32,000 nt of DNA from Archaeoglobus fulgidus DSM 4304. GTDB taxonomy: Archaea; Halobacteriota; Archaeoglobi; Archaeoglobales; Archaeoglobaceae. Each line of letters begins with the position of its first letter. Positions within the stretch are counted from its first letter, which is position 1. Under the pieces are notes generated by a model. It searched no databases. It saw nothing but the letters and a program-made list of their open reading frames with translations, and was not told the DNA's origin. This document shows, piece by piece, positions 8,532 through 15,996 of the stretch. Location of the stretch: assembly GCF_000008665.1 (NCBI RefSeq), contig NC_000917.1, forward strand, positions 300,001-332,000. The letters are read 5' to 3'. Made by a program: the position numbers and the translations under genes.

Positions 8532-8759
8532 TTTTTCATGAAATGGACTTTTCAGGAGGCAAAAATATCGTATTGGGAATCTGCTCAACACCTGATGATG
8601 GGCAAGAATGAGAGATAAAAATAGGTGTTAAATCGGAAAATGATGGTTACCAACATTAGCCCAATCTTCCCTCTAATGGTAAATTTGGCAAATTCGGCGA
8701 TTCTTTTCTAAACTAACAATATTTTAGATTGCAGTGCCAAGAATGCAGTAAAATAAATT

Positions 8760-10388
8760 TCAGAGTTCCTCAACGCCGAGGCGCTTCATCGCCCTCTCGG
8801 GATTCACCTGGTAGGTATGTATGACCGCAGAGACGTCTTTGAACATTCTTATTCCGTTGGAGAGCATAAACTCCAGCACTCTCCTCCTCCTCTCAAGCTC
8901 CTCGTTCAGCTCCCTCACACTCCACCCTCTCTGCCTCCTTATCTCCTCCAGAGCTTTGGAAGTTCCAACCATCGCGTGCTCGTCCTTAACGCTGTCCCAC
9001 TGGAATACGGTTGAGGTTCTCAGCATCTTTGTGTGCGCATCCAAACCGACAATCTCCGCAATCTCCATGTTCCTCCTAACTCTCCTGTCCCCAACGTAAG
9101 TTTGGGCCTGGATGCTTATAATGTCAAGAGCCTCGAGCATCGGCCTCGGCACTCCAATTGGCGGGTTTTCAAGCCTGTGTATCGCACCGCTTATGCTGTC
9201 AGCGTGCAGTGTTGAGTAGGTTGTGTGGCCTGTAGCCATCGCCTGGAAGAGCGTTAAAGCCTCCCTCCCTCTAACCTCACCGACTATTATGTACTCAGGC
9301 CTCTGCCTCAATGCCGCTCTGAGCAAATCGTACATGTCAACTGCTCCCTTCTCTCCGTGGAAGGCATCTCTTGTTACAGCAGGAATCCAGTTCTCGTGGG
9401 GGAGCATAAGCTCTCTTGTGTCTTCAATTGTCACTATCTTGGAGCGGCGGGGGATGAAGAGCGAGATGGCGTTCATCGAAGTGGTTTTACCGCTCGCAGT
9501 GCCGCCGGCAAAGATTAGTGACTTCTTGTTCTCGATGCAGAGCCATAGATATGCCATCTGCTCGCTGCTGAAGGTTTTCCATGCTATTAGGTCGATGGGA
9601 GTGACGGGCTCTTCGCGGAACTTTCTTATGGTGAAGGTCGAGCCGTGGTCGGTCACCTCCCTCCCCAAAGTCATCTGGATTCTGCTGCCGTCGGGCATTG
9701 TCGCGTCAACCATTGGCTCTGCGATGCTGATGTGCTTTCCGCACTTCTGGGCGAGGTTGACAACGAAGCTGTCAAGCTCATCCGGATCGTCGAAGATGAC
9801 GTTGGTGCGGAGGTTTGTGTACTTGCGGTGGAAGATGTAGATGTACTTGCCGTATCCGTTGCATGAAATGTCCTCGATCATCGGGTCGTACATTATGGGT
9901 GTTATCTTGCCGTAAAGGATAGTTCGCTTGAAAATGTGGTAAAGAACTCTGAAGTAATCCGAACCTTCAAGGTTTACTCTGTAAGCCTCAAGGATGGAAT
10001 CTATTTTCTTTTTGAGCGTTCCAACTTTGTCCCCAATTTCCTTGGGGTTTGCGGCATAGTACTCAAGCCTGCCGATCACATTCTTGACAATTTTCTCCTC
10101 CTCTTCACTCAGCTTGGGCTCGTTGACGTGATAAATGAACTCGTTATCTTCCTCATTATAGAGGATGTGAACGCTTGAGATTACGAATCTGCCGTAAACG
10201 GGATAACCCTCAACCTCAATCCACCCTTCAGGAGGTTCAAATTCCTGCGAAAGCCTCTTTGAGAGTGTTCTATAGGTTTCCTCACCGAGAAACTCCTCCT
10301 TTGCACCTTTTTTTATTATCTCGAAAACAGCAGTTCTTCTTGGAACTTCATCCTCCTTCTTTTTGAAGCTGAAGCGAAGAGTGGGCAT
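8760..10388 (-). CDS. Type II/IV secretion-family ATPase (FlaI/ArlI / VirB11 / GspE-like)
   Basis: Has Walker A AGGTASGKTT, Walker B YIIVGEVRG and His box TGHTTYSTLHA. I place the start at ATG 10388 (MPTLRFSF..), because the track's longer ORF (to 10547) runs through an AT-rich divergent promoter and into the ADH gene. Confidence 0.85.
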   Translation of the reverse strand: MPTLRFSFKKKEDEVPRRTAVFEIIKKGAKEEFLGEETYRTLSKRLSQEFEPPEGWIEVEGYPVYGRFVISSVHILYNEEDNEFIYHVNEPKLSEEEEKIVKNVIGRLEYYAANPKEIGDKVGTLKKKIDSILEAYRVNLEGSDYFRVLYHIFKRTILYGKITPIMYDPMIEDISCNGYGKYIYIFHRKYTNLRTNVIFDDPDELDSFVVNLAQKCGKHISIAEPMVDATMPDGSRIQMTLGREVTDHGSTFTIRKFREEPVTPIDLIAWKTFSSEQMAYLWLCIENKKSLIFAGGTASGKTTSMNAISLFIPRRSKIVTIEDTRELMLPHENWIPAVTRDAFHGEKGAVDMYDLLRAALRQRPEYIIVGEVRGREALTLFQAMATGHTTYSTLHADSISGAIHRLENPPIGVPRPMLEALDIISIQAQTYVGDRRVRRNMEIAEIVGLDAHTKMLRTSTVFQWDSVKDEHAMVGTSKALEEIRRQRGWSVRELNEELERRRRVLEFMLSNGIRMFKDVSAVIHTYQVNPERAMKRLGVEEL

Positions 10389-10465
10389 CAGAAGATTTCG
10401 GTATTTAAAATTAAAAAATGTTTCGTGTAAAAGTGAAAGAATGACAAAATGAACATTGAAAAACA

Positions 10466-10473
10466 TTTTATAT
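10466..10473 (+). promoter_or_regulatory. Putative TATA box (TTTTATAT) for the ADH-AOR operon
   Basis: Lies 21-28 nt upstream of ATG 10494. This supports the shorter ADH start. Confidence 0.4.
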
Positions 10474-10493
10474 TGTTCAATCATCCTCTCATC

Positions 10494-11636
10494 ATGTGGT
10501 GGTTTGTTGTACCAAAGACAGTTTTCGGTGACGATGCCATTGAGCACCTGCAGAGCGAGAGAGCAGAGAGGGTGCTGATTGTAACTGACAAGGTTCTGAG
10601 CGAGATGAGCTACCTTGAGGAGGTAAAGAAAAATCTCAAGGCGGAGAGAATAGAGGTTTTCGACGAGGTAGAGCCGGAGCCGAGCATAGAAACTGCCCTA
10701 AAATGCTCAAAAGTGGCGAGAGAGCTTGATGCGCAGCTCATAATCGCTCTCGGTGGTGGCAGCGTTATGGACGTTGCGAAGATGGCGAGGATACTGATGG
10801 AGCTTGACGTCGATCCAGAGTTCATCACGCCCTTTACAGATCTCTATGAGCTCGGTTTTCAAAAGAAAGCAAAGCTCATCGCCATTCCGACAACCAGCGG
10901 CACGGGAGCGGATGCAACATGGGCAATGGTGCTTACCGACACCAAGGAAAAGAGAAAAGTTCTTCCTGCGAACAGAGAAGCGATACCGGATTTAACAATA
11001 CTCGACTACAGGTTTGTTGAAAACCTTCCGCCCAAGCTCGTAGCCGGCACGGGAATGGATGCGCTAACCCATGCAATCGAGGGTGCTCTGGCTCCGTGGA
11101 GAAACGACTTCAGCGATGCAATGTGCGAGAAGGCAATTGAATTAATCTTCGACAACCTTGAGAAGTCTTACAACGGGGACAAGGAGGCGAGGGCTAAGAT
11201 GCACCACGCCGCAACGATGGCCGGAATGGGATTCGGAAACTCTCAGGTGGGGCCGGTGCACTCCTTGGGCCATGCTTTCGGAGCCTACTTCAAGGTGCAC
11301 CACGGCATTTGCGTTGCGGTGTTCCTCCCCTACGTTTTGCAGTTCTACCTTAACGATGAAGGCTCGAGGGCAATGATGGATTATCTGGCTGGTAGGGTTG
11401 GATTGGAGAGCGGAGAGTCTATGGTGGAGAAAGTAATGGACCTCATGAAGAAGATAGAGGCTCCGACAAAGGTTTCAGACATTGTTGGTGAGAAGGAGTA
11501 CTTTGGGGCAATTGAGGATATATGGAGCCATGCTATCAACGATGCGTGCATGATTACCTCTCCGAGATGTCCAGACACCGAGCAAACGAGGAAGCTGCTT
11601 GAGTACGCATTCTACGGAAAGAGGGTTGACTTCTGA
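10494..11636 (+). CDS. Iron-containing (group III) alcohol dehydrogenase
   Basis: Has GGGSVMDVAK, TTSGTGAD, and the His cluster HAIEG / HSLGHAFGAYFKVHHG. The N-terminus MWWFVVPKTVFG is typical for the family, so the track start at 10449 is probably too long. Confidence 0.85.
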   Translation: MWWFVVPKTVFGDDAIEHLQSERAERVLIVTDKVLSEMSYLEEVKKNLKAERIEVFDEVEPEPSIETALKCSKVARELDAQLIIALGGGSVMDVAKMARILMELDVDPEFITPFTDLYELGFQKKAKLIAIPTTSGTGADATWAMVLTDTKEKRKVLPANREAIPDLTILDYRFVENLPPKLVAGTGMDALTHAIEGALAPWRNDFSDAMCEKAIELIFDNLEKSYNGDKEARAKMHHAATMAGMGFGNSQVGPVHSLGHAFGAYFKVHHGICVAVFLPYVLQFYLNDEGSRAMMDYLAGRVGLESGESMVEKVMDLMKKIEAPTKVSDIVGEKEYFGAIEDIWSHAINDACMITSPRCPDTEQTRKLLEYAFYGKRVDF

Positions 11637-11645
11637 GGTGAGAGC

Positions 11646-13442
11646 ATGTACGGCTACTGCGGTAAGATTTTGAGGGTTGATTTGTCCGAAAAAACGGTTT
11701 CGACTCTCATTCCAGAGGAGAAGGATTTGAGGGAGTTCATTGGTGGTGCGGGGTATGCGGTAAAGCTCCACTACGACATGAGAAGTTTTGAGGTTGACCC
11801 CCTTTCTCCGCAGAATCCCCTTGTGATTGTGACCGGCCCGCTTACGGCAACAAAAGCCCCCTCAACCAGTAGGCTTGAGTTCTGCGCCCGCAGCCCCTTC
11901 ACGGGAATTTGGGGTGAGTCCAACTCAGGCGGAAGGATGGCCGCTTACCTCAAATACGCGGGCTGGGACGGCATTATTGTGGAGGGGGCGAGCGATAAGC
12001 CCGTTCTTCTCAAGGTAGATTTAACCGGTGCGGAAATCCTTGATGCCGAGCATTTGTGGGGAAAGGGATGCTACGAGACACAGGAGCAGATTGAGAAGGA
12101 TTTGGGAGAGAAGAGAGTCGCAACGGCTGTGATAGGCCCAGCTGGCGAGAATCTGGTGAAGTACGCGTGCATCCAGGTTGACAACTCAAGGCATGCCGGA
12201 AGAACGGGAGTGGGGGCTGTGATGGGCTCAAAGAAGCTGAAAGGCATTGCTGTTGTTTATGATCCGTCAGAAAGGCAGAGGGTTGAGGTTGCGGACGAGG
12301 AGGGCTTTAACAGAGTCGTCGATGAGGTTTTGCAGAGAATAAAGGATGATTTCACCTGCAACATGTTCACACAGCTTGGAACTTCCGGCTACATGGAAAC
12401 CGCCGAAGGCTTTGGTGACCTGCCAATCAAATACTACACTCAGGGAACATGGGATGGGGCAACTAAGATTTCCGGTGCGGCGATGGCGGCATCGGTTCTA
12501 AGGGGAAACGATGGGTGTTTGGGCTGCGTCGTTAGGTGCGGAAGGGTTGTTGAGCACAAGGGAAAGCAGATTCACGGGCCAGAATACGAGACTCTTGCGG
12601 CTTTCGGGGCTCTCCAGCTCAACGACGACCTGGAGTCGCTGATTGAGATTAACTACCTCGTCAACGACCTCGGAATGGATTCCATCTCTGCTGGAGTTAG
12701 CGTAGCCTTTGCCATGTACCTCACCGAGAAGGGAGTTGGAGACTTCAACATCAAGTGGGGTGATGCCGAGGCTGTGAAGCAGATGGTTAAGGACATCGCC
12801 TGCAGGAGAGGCAAAGGAGAGGAGCTTGCAGAGGGTGTGAGGTTCATCGGCCTGAAGTACGGCAAGGAGGCGTGGAGCGCTCATGTAAAGGGGCTTGAGA
12901 TACCTATGCACGATGCAAGAGCCTTCAGCAGCCTTGCCGCGGCTTACGCAACTCATCCAAGGGGGGCGTGCCATTTGCCACATCAAATGTACCTCTACGA
13001 GATGGGAAAGACTATTAGCGAGTATGGCATAAAGAGCGACGACAGGTTCAGCAACGAGGGCAAAGGAATTCTTGCGGCAAAGGTTCAGAACTTCTCTGAG
13101 CTTTTCAACGCCATCACAATGTGCGCCTTCATGCCCGTCAAACCGAGACACATTGCAGAGATGCTGAGGGCGGTTACGGGCTACAACTACACCGTTGAGA
13201 ACATCTACACTGCAGGAGAGAGGATGTTTACACTCAAGAGAGTTTACAACGTGAAGTGCGGGGTTAAGGCGGAGCACGACACCCTGCCTGAAATAGTCCT
13301 CCAGCCGCTTGAAGGCGGGAGCGCCGGAAACGTGCCTGATGTGAAAAAACAGGTCTCGGAGCTTTACGAGTTCAGAAAGTGGCCTGAGGGTGTGCCAAGC
13401 AGGGAGAAGCTGGAGGAACTCGGTTTGGAGTGGGTTGAATAA
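11646..13442 (+). CDS. aor: Aldehyde:ferredoxin oxidoreductase (tungstopterin AOR family)
   Basis: Has the N-terminus MYGYCGKILRVDLS, the [4Fe-4S] motif CLGCVVRC and DLGMDSISAG. It starts 9 nt after the ADH stop. Confidence 0.9.
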   Translation: MYGYCGKILRVDLSEKTVSTLIPEEKDLREFIGGAGYAVKLHYDMRSFEVDPLSPQNPLVIVTGPLTATKAPSTSRLEFCARSPFTGIWGESNSGGRMAAYLKYAGWDGIIVEGASDKPVLLKVDLTGAEILDAEHLWGKGCYETQEQIEKDLGEKRVATAVIGPAGENLVKYACIQVDNSRHAGRTGVGAVMGSKKLKGIAVVYDPSERQRVEVADEEGFNRVVDEVLQRIKDDFTCNMFTQLGTSGYMETAEGFGDLPIKYYTQGTWDGATKISGAAMAASVLRGNDGCLGCVVRCGRVVEHKGKQIHGPEYETLAAFGALQLNDDLESLIEINYLVNDLGMDSISAGVSVAFAMYLTEKGVGDFNIKWGDAEAVKQMVKDIACRRGKGEELAEGVRFIGLKYGKEAWSAHVKGLEIPMHDARAFSSLAAAYATHPRGACHLPHQMYLYEMGKTISEYGIKSDDRFSNEGKGILAAKVQNFSELFNAITMCAFMPVKPRHIAEMLRAVTGYNYTVENIYTAGERMFTLKRVYNVKCGVKAEHDTLPEIVLQPLEGGSAGNVPDVKKQVSELYEFRKWPEGVPSREKLEELGLEWVE

Positions 13443-13448
13443 AATATC

Positions 13449-13466
13449 TTTCTACTTTTTGCTTTT
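13449..13466 (+). terminator. Oligo-T tracts downstream of aor
   Basis: T5 at 13456-13460 and T4 at 13463-13466 fit the archaeal oligo-T terminator type. The tract overlaps the 3' end of the convergent small ORF. Confidence 0.3.
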
Positions 13467-13598
13467 GGCCATCCTCGTTTCCCTGTAGCTTTTTATCTCC
13501 TCAAACTGCTCCTTAGTCGCACCGCACCTTCCGCAAACTTCAGGCGGCTCATCCCCTCTGAAAACAAGCCCGCAGAGCTTACATCTCCACCTCTTCAC
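13452..13598 (-). CDS. Mini-rubredoxin / zinc-ribbon protein (48 aa), not in the supplied ORF track
   Basis: Hand translation gives (GTG)KRWRCKLCGLVFRGDEPPEVCGRCGATKEQFEEIKSYRETRMAKSKK*. The pattern is CxxCG-x11-CxxCG. Its GTG overlaps the TGA of the upstream gene (GTGA). Confidence 0.6.
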   Translation of the reverse strand: MKRWRCKLCGLVFRGDEPPEVCGRCGATKEQFEEIKSYRETRMAKSKK

Positions 13599-14047
13599 TC
13601 TCCAATCACCTCAAACTTCTCAAAGCTCTCTCCAGGAGCGTTGCACAGCGGGCAAACGTCGGGCGTTTCGTCCTTGACAATGTATCCGCACATGGGGCAT
13701 ACGTATATCGCTTTGAAGTCCTCTGGAAACTCCAGCATTTCGGACATGTTCTTCTTGATTACCGCGAGGAATCTCAGATTCGTTGCAACCTTCCTGTTTT
13801 TCTCGGCCAAAGCTTCCTTCATCTTCTCCTCCATGAACCTTGCCTCATCCTCAAGCCTCTCCCCCATTTCCACTGCATCCCTGTAGGGGTCTTTTCCCAG
13901 GTTTCGGAGAAGGGAAATCAGTGCAATCTCCTCCGCCCTTGCGAGGGACTGGTAGAGCTTCTTTATCCTCTCGTCCTTGGCCATCTTTGCATAAGCCGAA
14001 AAAAGGCCGTAACGCTCAAGCTCCCTCCCAACAACATCCTCATACAT
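13595..14047 (-). CDS. Rubrerythrin-like protein: helical N-terminal domain lacking all His, plus a C-terminal rubredoxin-like CxxC-x11-CxxC domain
   Basis: The C-terminus is YVCPMCGYIVKDETPDVCPLCNAPGESF. The N-terminal ~110 aa are helical and Glu-rich, but the protein contains no histidine, so there are no ExxH motifs. Confidence 0.7.
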   Translation of the reverse strand: MYEDVVGRELERYGLFSAYAKMAKDERIKKLYQSLARAEEIALISLLRNLGKDPYRDAVEMGERLEDEARFMEEKMKEALAEKNRKVATNLRFLAVIKKNMSEMLEFPEDFKAIYVCPMCGYIVKDETPDVCPLCNAPGESFEKFEVIGE

Positions 14048-14078
14048 AACTTAACTTGGCCAAACTCTAACTTAAGTC

Positions 14079-14128
14079 TTTCGAAATTTTTCTGGATTTT
14101 GAAAAATCCAAATTTACGAAATTCGAAC
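14079..14128. promoter_or_regulatory. Operator-like cluster: TTTCGAAA, 8-bp IR TGGATTTT-GA-AAAATCCA, and TACGAAATTCGAAC
   Basis: Read directly from the sequence. 14115-14128 is the exact reverse complement of 15193-15206. The cluster lies upstream of ATG 14047. Confidence 0.45.
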
Positions 14129-14184
14129 CATTTGCCTGTCTGACCTCAGGCTAAGGAAAAGGTAAAAATTGCAAACGGTAAAGT

Positions 14185-14760
14185 TTAGCAGAGCTTTTCA
14201 GCCACCTCTGCCACCCTTTTTCCGAGCATTTTTGCAACCTGCAAGTCATCCTCCTTGGGAACTCCTGTTGATGCCGCCCCGTAGTAGCTTCCAGCCCTGT
14301 AGAGTTCTTTCGCCGGGGGCAGTCCGACAATAATCATCCCGTGTGCGAAGAGAGGAAGGAGCATTGAGAGCAGCGTCGCCTCCTTACCGCCGTGGGGCAT
14401 CTCGTTTGAGGTGAAAACAGCCCCAACCTTGCCCTCAAGCCTCCTCTCCATCCACAACCTTCCCGTCATATCAATGAACTGCTTCATCTGCGAGGACATC
14501 ACTCCAAATCTCGTCGGAGAGCCAAAAATGATTGCATCATAATCTTGAAGCTCCTCTGGCCTTGCAACCTCGAAGCTTTCAAGCTCTTCCCTTACTTTAA
14601 CGTAGCCGGGGTTCTTTTCGAGGATTTCAGCCGGGATGGTTTCGGGAACTCTCTTAACAGCAACCTCCGCTCCTCCTTCCCTCGCACCATCAGCAACGGC
14701 CTTTGCGAGCTTCATCGTGTTGCCCGTGATGGAATGAAAAATAACAAGAATCCTGGCCAT
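14185..14760 (-). CDS. Flavodoxin-like NAD(P)H:quinone oxidoreductase (WrbA type)
   Basis: Has the FMN-binding N-terminus ILVIFHSITGNTMKLA, then FGSPTRFG and a WrbA-like insertion. It begins 4 nt after the SOR stop. Confidence 0.85.
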   Translation of the reverse strand: MARILVIFHSITGNTMKLAKAVADGAREGGAEVAVKRVPETIPAEILEKNPGYVKVREELESFEVARPEELQDYDAIIFGSPTRFGVMSSQMKQFIDMTGRLWMERRLEGKVGAVFTSNEMPHGGKEATLLSMLLPLFAHGMIIVGLPPAKELYRAGSYYGAASTGVPKEDDLQVAKMLGKRVAEVAEKLC

Positions 14761-14764
14761 TCAA

Positions 14765-15142
14765 TCACTCCAAGCTTAGCGTCGCCTCTCCCATCCAGAG
14801 GCCATGGATGTTGCAGTAGGAGAAGGCCGTAAGCTTCCCGGATTTCTCAGCTTTGAAGGCGAACACCGCAACCGGATCGGTGTAAACACCACTCGTGTTC
14901 GGGCCGTCAACTGAAGCCCCGTGGGCGGCAAACTCTGCCCTGCCAACTACGTAGGGGAACTTGCTGCCTTCAGGCTGAAATACAAGCTCTATCCACGCAA
15001 TGTGGTGCTCGGTTGTGTTCGGATGCGGGATTTCCTTCCCAACGCTGACCTTTACCTCCACAACTCCGCCCTCAGCCCTTAAAACCTCAATTACTGGCAC
15101 GTGCTTCTCCTTCTTCCAGTCTGCAGTCTGAAACAGTTCCAT
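14765..15142 (-). CDS. sor: Superoxide reductase (1Fe-SOR, neelaredoxin type)
   Basis: Iron ligand motifs are present: EKHVPVIE, HPNTTEHHIAW and CNIHGLW. Length is 125 aa. Confidence 0.92.
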   Translation of the reverse strand: MELFQTADWKKEKHVPVIEVLRAEGGVVEVKVSVGKEIPHPNTTEHHIAWIELVFQPEGSKFPYVVGRAEFAAHGASVDGPNTSGVYTDPVAVFAFKAEKSGKLTAFSYCNIHGLWMGEATLSLE

Positions 15143-15192
15143 GCTATCACCTCCCTTACCTTTAAAATTTCTTCCCTAATAAACCTTTCTAT

Positions 15193-15216
15193 GTTCGAAT
15201 TTCGTATTTACGAATT
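15193..15216. promoter_or_regulatory. Operator-like half-site array GTTCGAA-T-TTCGTA-TT-TACGAA-TT upstream of sor
   Basis: Lies 51-74 nt upstream of ATG 15142. It contains the IR TTCGTA-TT-TACGAA and the 14-mer shared with 14115-14128. Confidence 0.45.
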
Positions 15217-15381
15217 AATATCGCTAAACTGGCTGTAAATCACCAAAGAGGAAGAGTTTGTAGCGGGCTGATGGAAAGTACCCTGGTTTCTGAGTCCAAC
15301 AAGCTGAGCTTCCATGCCTTCGAAAAAGGTGTTAATCTGGTTGGAGATGGAAAGGCTGCTCGAAGAAAAAGCAATGATCTT

Positions 15382-15876
15382 CTATAGCAGCCTGTATCTA
15401 ACAATAAATCCATCTTCAACCTCCTCATAGTCCAGAACCTCCGCATCCTGAGTCAAATCCTCGAAGTAGTCGTAAACTCCGCAGCTCACGCAGAAGGGGC
15501 CTGTGAACCTGACGTAAACGACCTCACCCTCCTCCTTCATGAACTCTGCAACAGCTTCGGGGGAGTGAAAGCGGTTGAACTTCTCAACAGCTTCCTTGAA
15601 CTCAAGGAGCTTCGTGTATTCAACATCTCTGTCAAAGCCGTGCTTTTCAATCCAGCTTTTGATGTAGGGGCACGACACCTTTATTTTCTCGAATCCTCTG
15701 GCATAATTAAGAGCCTCACCAACAACCTTCGAGGCGTAGCCCTTTCCCTCCTCCCCCTTTGCGGTGAAGGTTGCGAGTAGCTCTATCTCCCCGCTATGCT
15801 TTCTGTATAAAACCCATGACACCCTTTTCGAGTCAGCGTAAAGGGATATCCTGTCATCCTCTACTTTGAACTCCAT
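15382..15876 (-). CDS. Small GNAT-like (YjdJ-type) acetyltransferase domain fused to an uncharacterised CxxC-containing C-terminal domain
   Basis: The N-terminal ~90 aa resemble the minimal GNAT fold (..ATFTAKGEEGKGYASKVVGEALNYAR..VSCPYI). The C-terminal ~70 aa contain FTGPFCVSCGVYDYFEDL. Confidence 0.55.
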   Translation of the reverse strand: MEFKVEDDRISLYADSKRVSWVLYRKHSGEIELLATFTAKGEEGKGYASKVVGEALNYARGFEKIKVSCPYIKSWIEKHGFDRDVEYTKLLEFKEAVEKFNRFHSPEAVAEFMKEEGEVVYVRFTGPFCVSCGVYDYFEDLTQDAEVLDYEEVEDGFIVRYRLL

Positions 15877-15996
15877 GCATATTATAGCCCGGCATCTAAA
15901 TTAGCTTTTCCCGTCTAAGCATGATGGCTTCATCAGAGACAGAAATGCATCCCGGTGATTATTAGCGTCTATCTTGTCAAACCTTAAGCCTGCCTT

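Noticed and set aside
8587-8631. C/D-box sRNA candidate (CTGATGA inside a 7-bp terminal stem)
   Set aside because: There is no CUGA D box adjacent to the 3' stem and no convincing C'/D' pair. It is kept only as a low-interest note.
9223-9840. 205-aa ORF on the plus strand
   Set aside because: It is antisense to the core of the secretion ATPase (the Walker A/B region lies on the other strand). It is a shadow ORF.
10389-10547. N-terminal 53-codon extension of the ATPase ORF, and the 15-codon extension of the ADH ORF (10449-10493)
   Set aside because: The two extensions overlap each other across an AT-rich region with TATA-like boxes. Internal ATGs at 10388 and 10494 give family-typical N-termini.
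12498-13277. 259-aa ORF on the minus strand
   Set aside because: It is antisense to aor and has no motifs. It is a shadow ORF.
15240-15446. 68-aa minus-strand ORF and a 38-codon plus-strand ORF (15270-15386)
   Set aside because: They overlap the 3' end of the GNAT gene, have no motifs or start-site signals, and have an Arg/Leu-rich composition.
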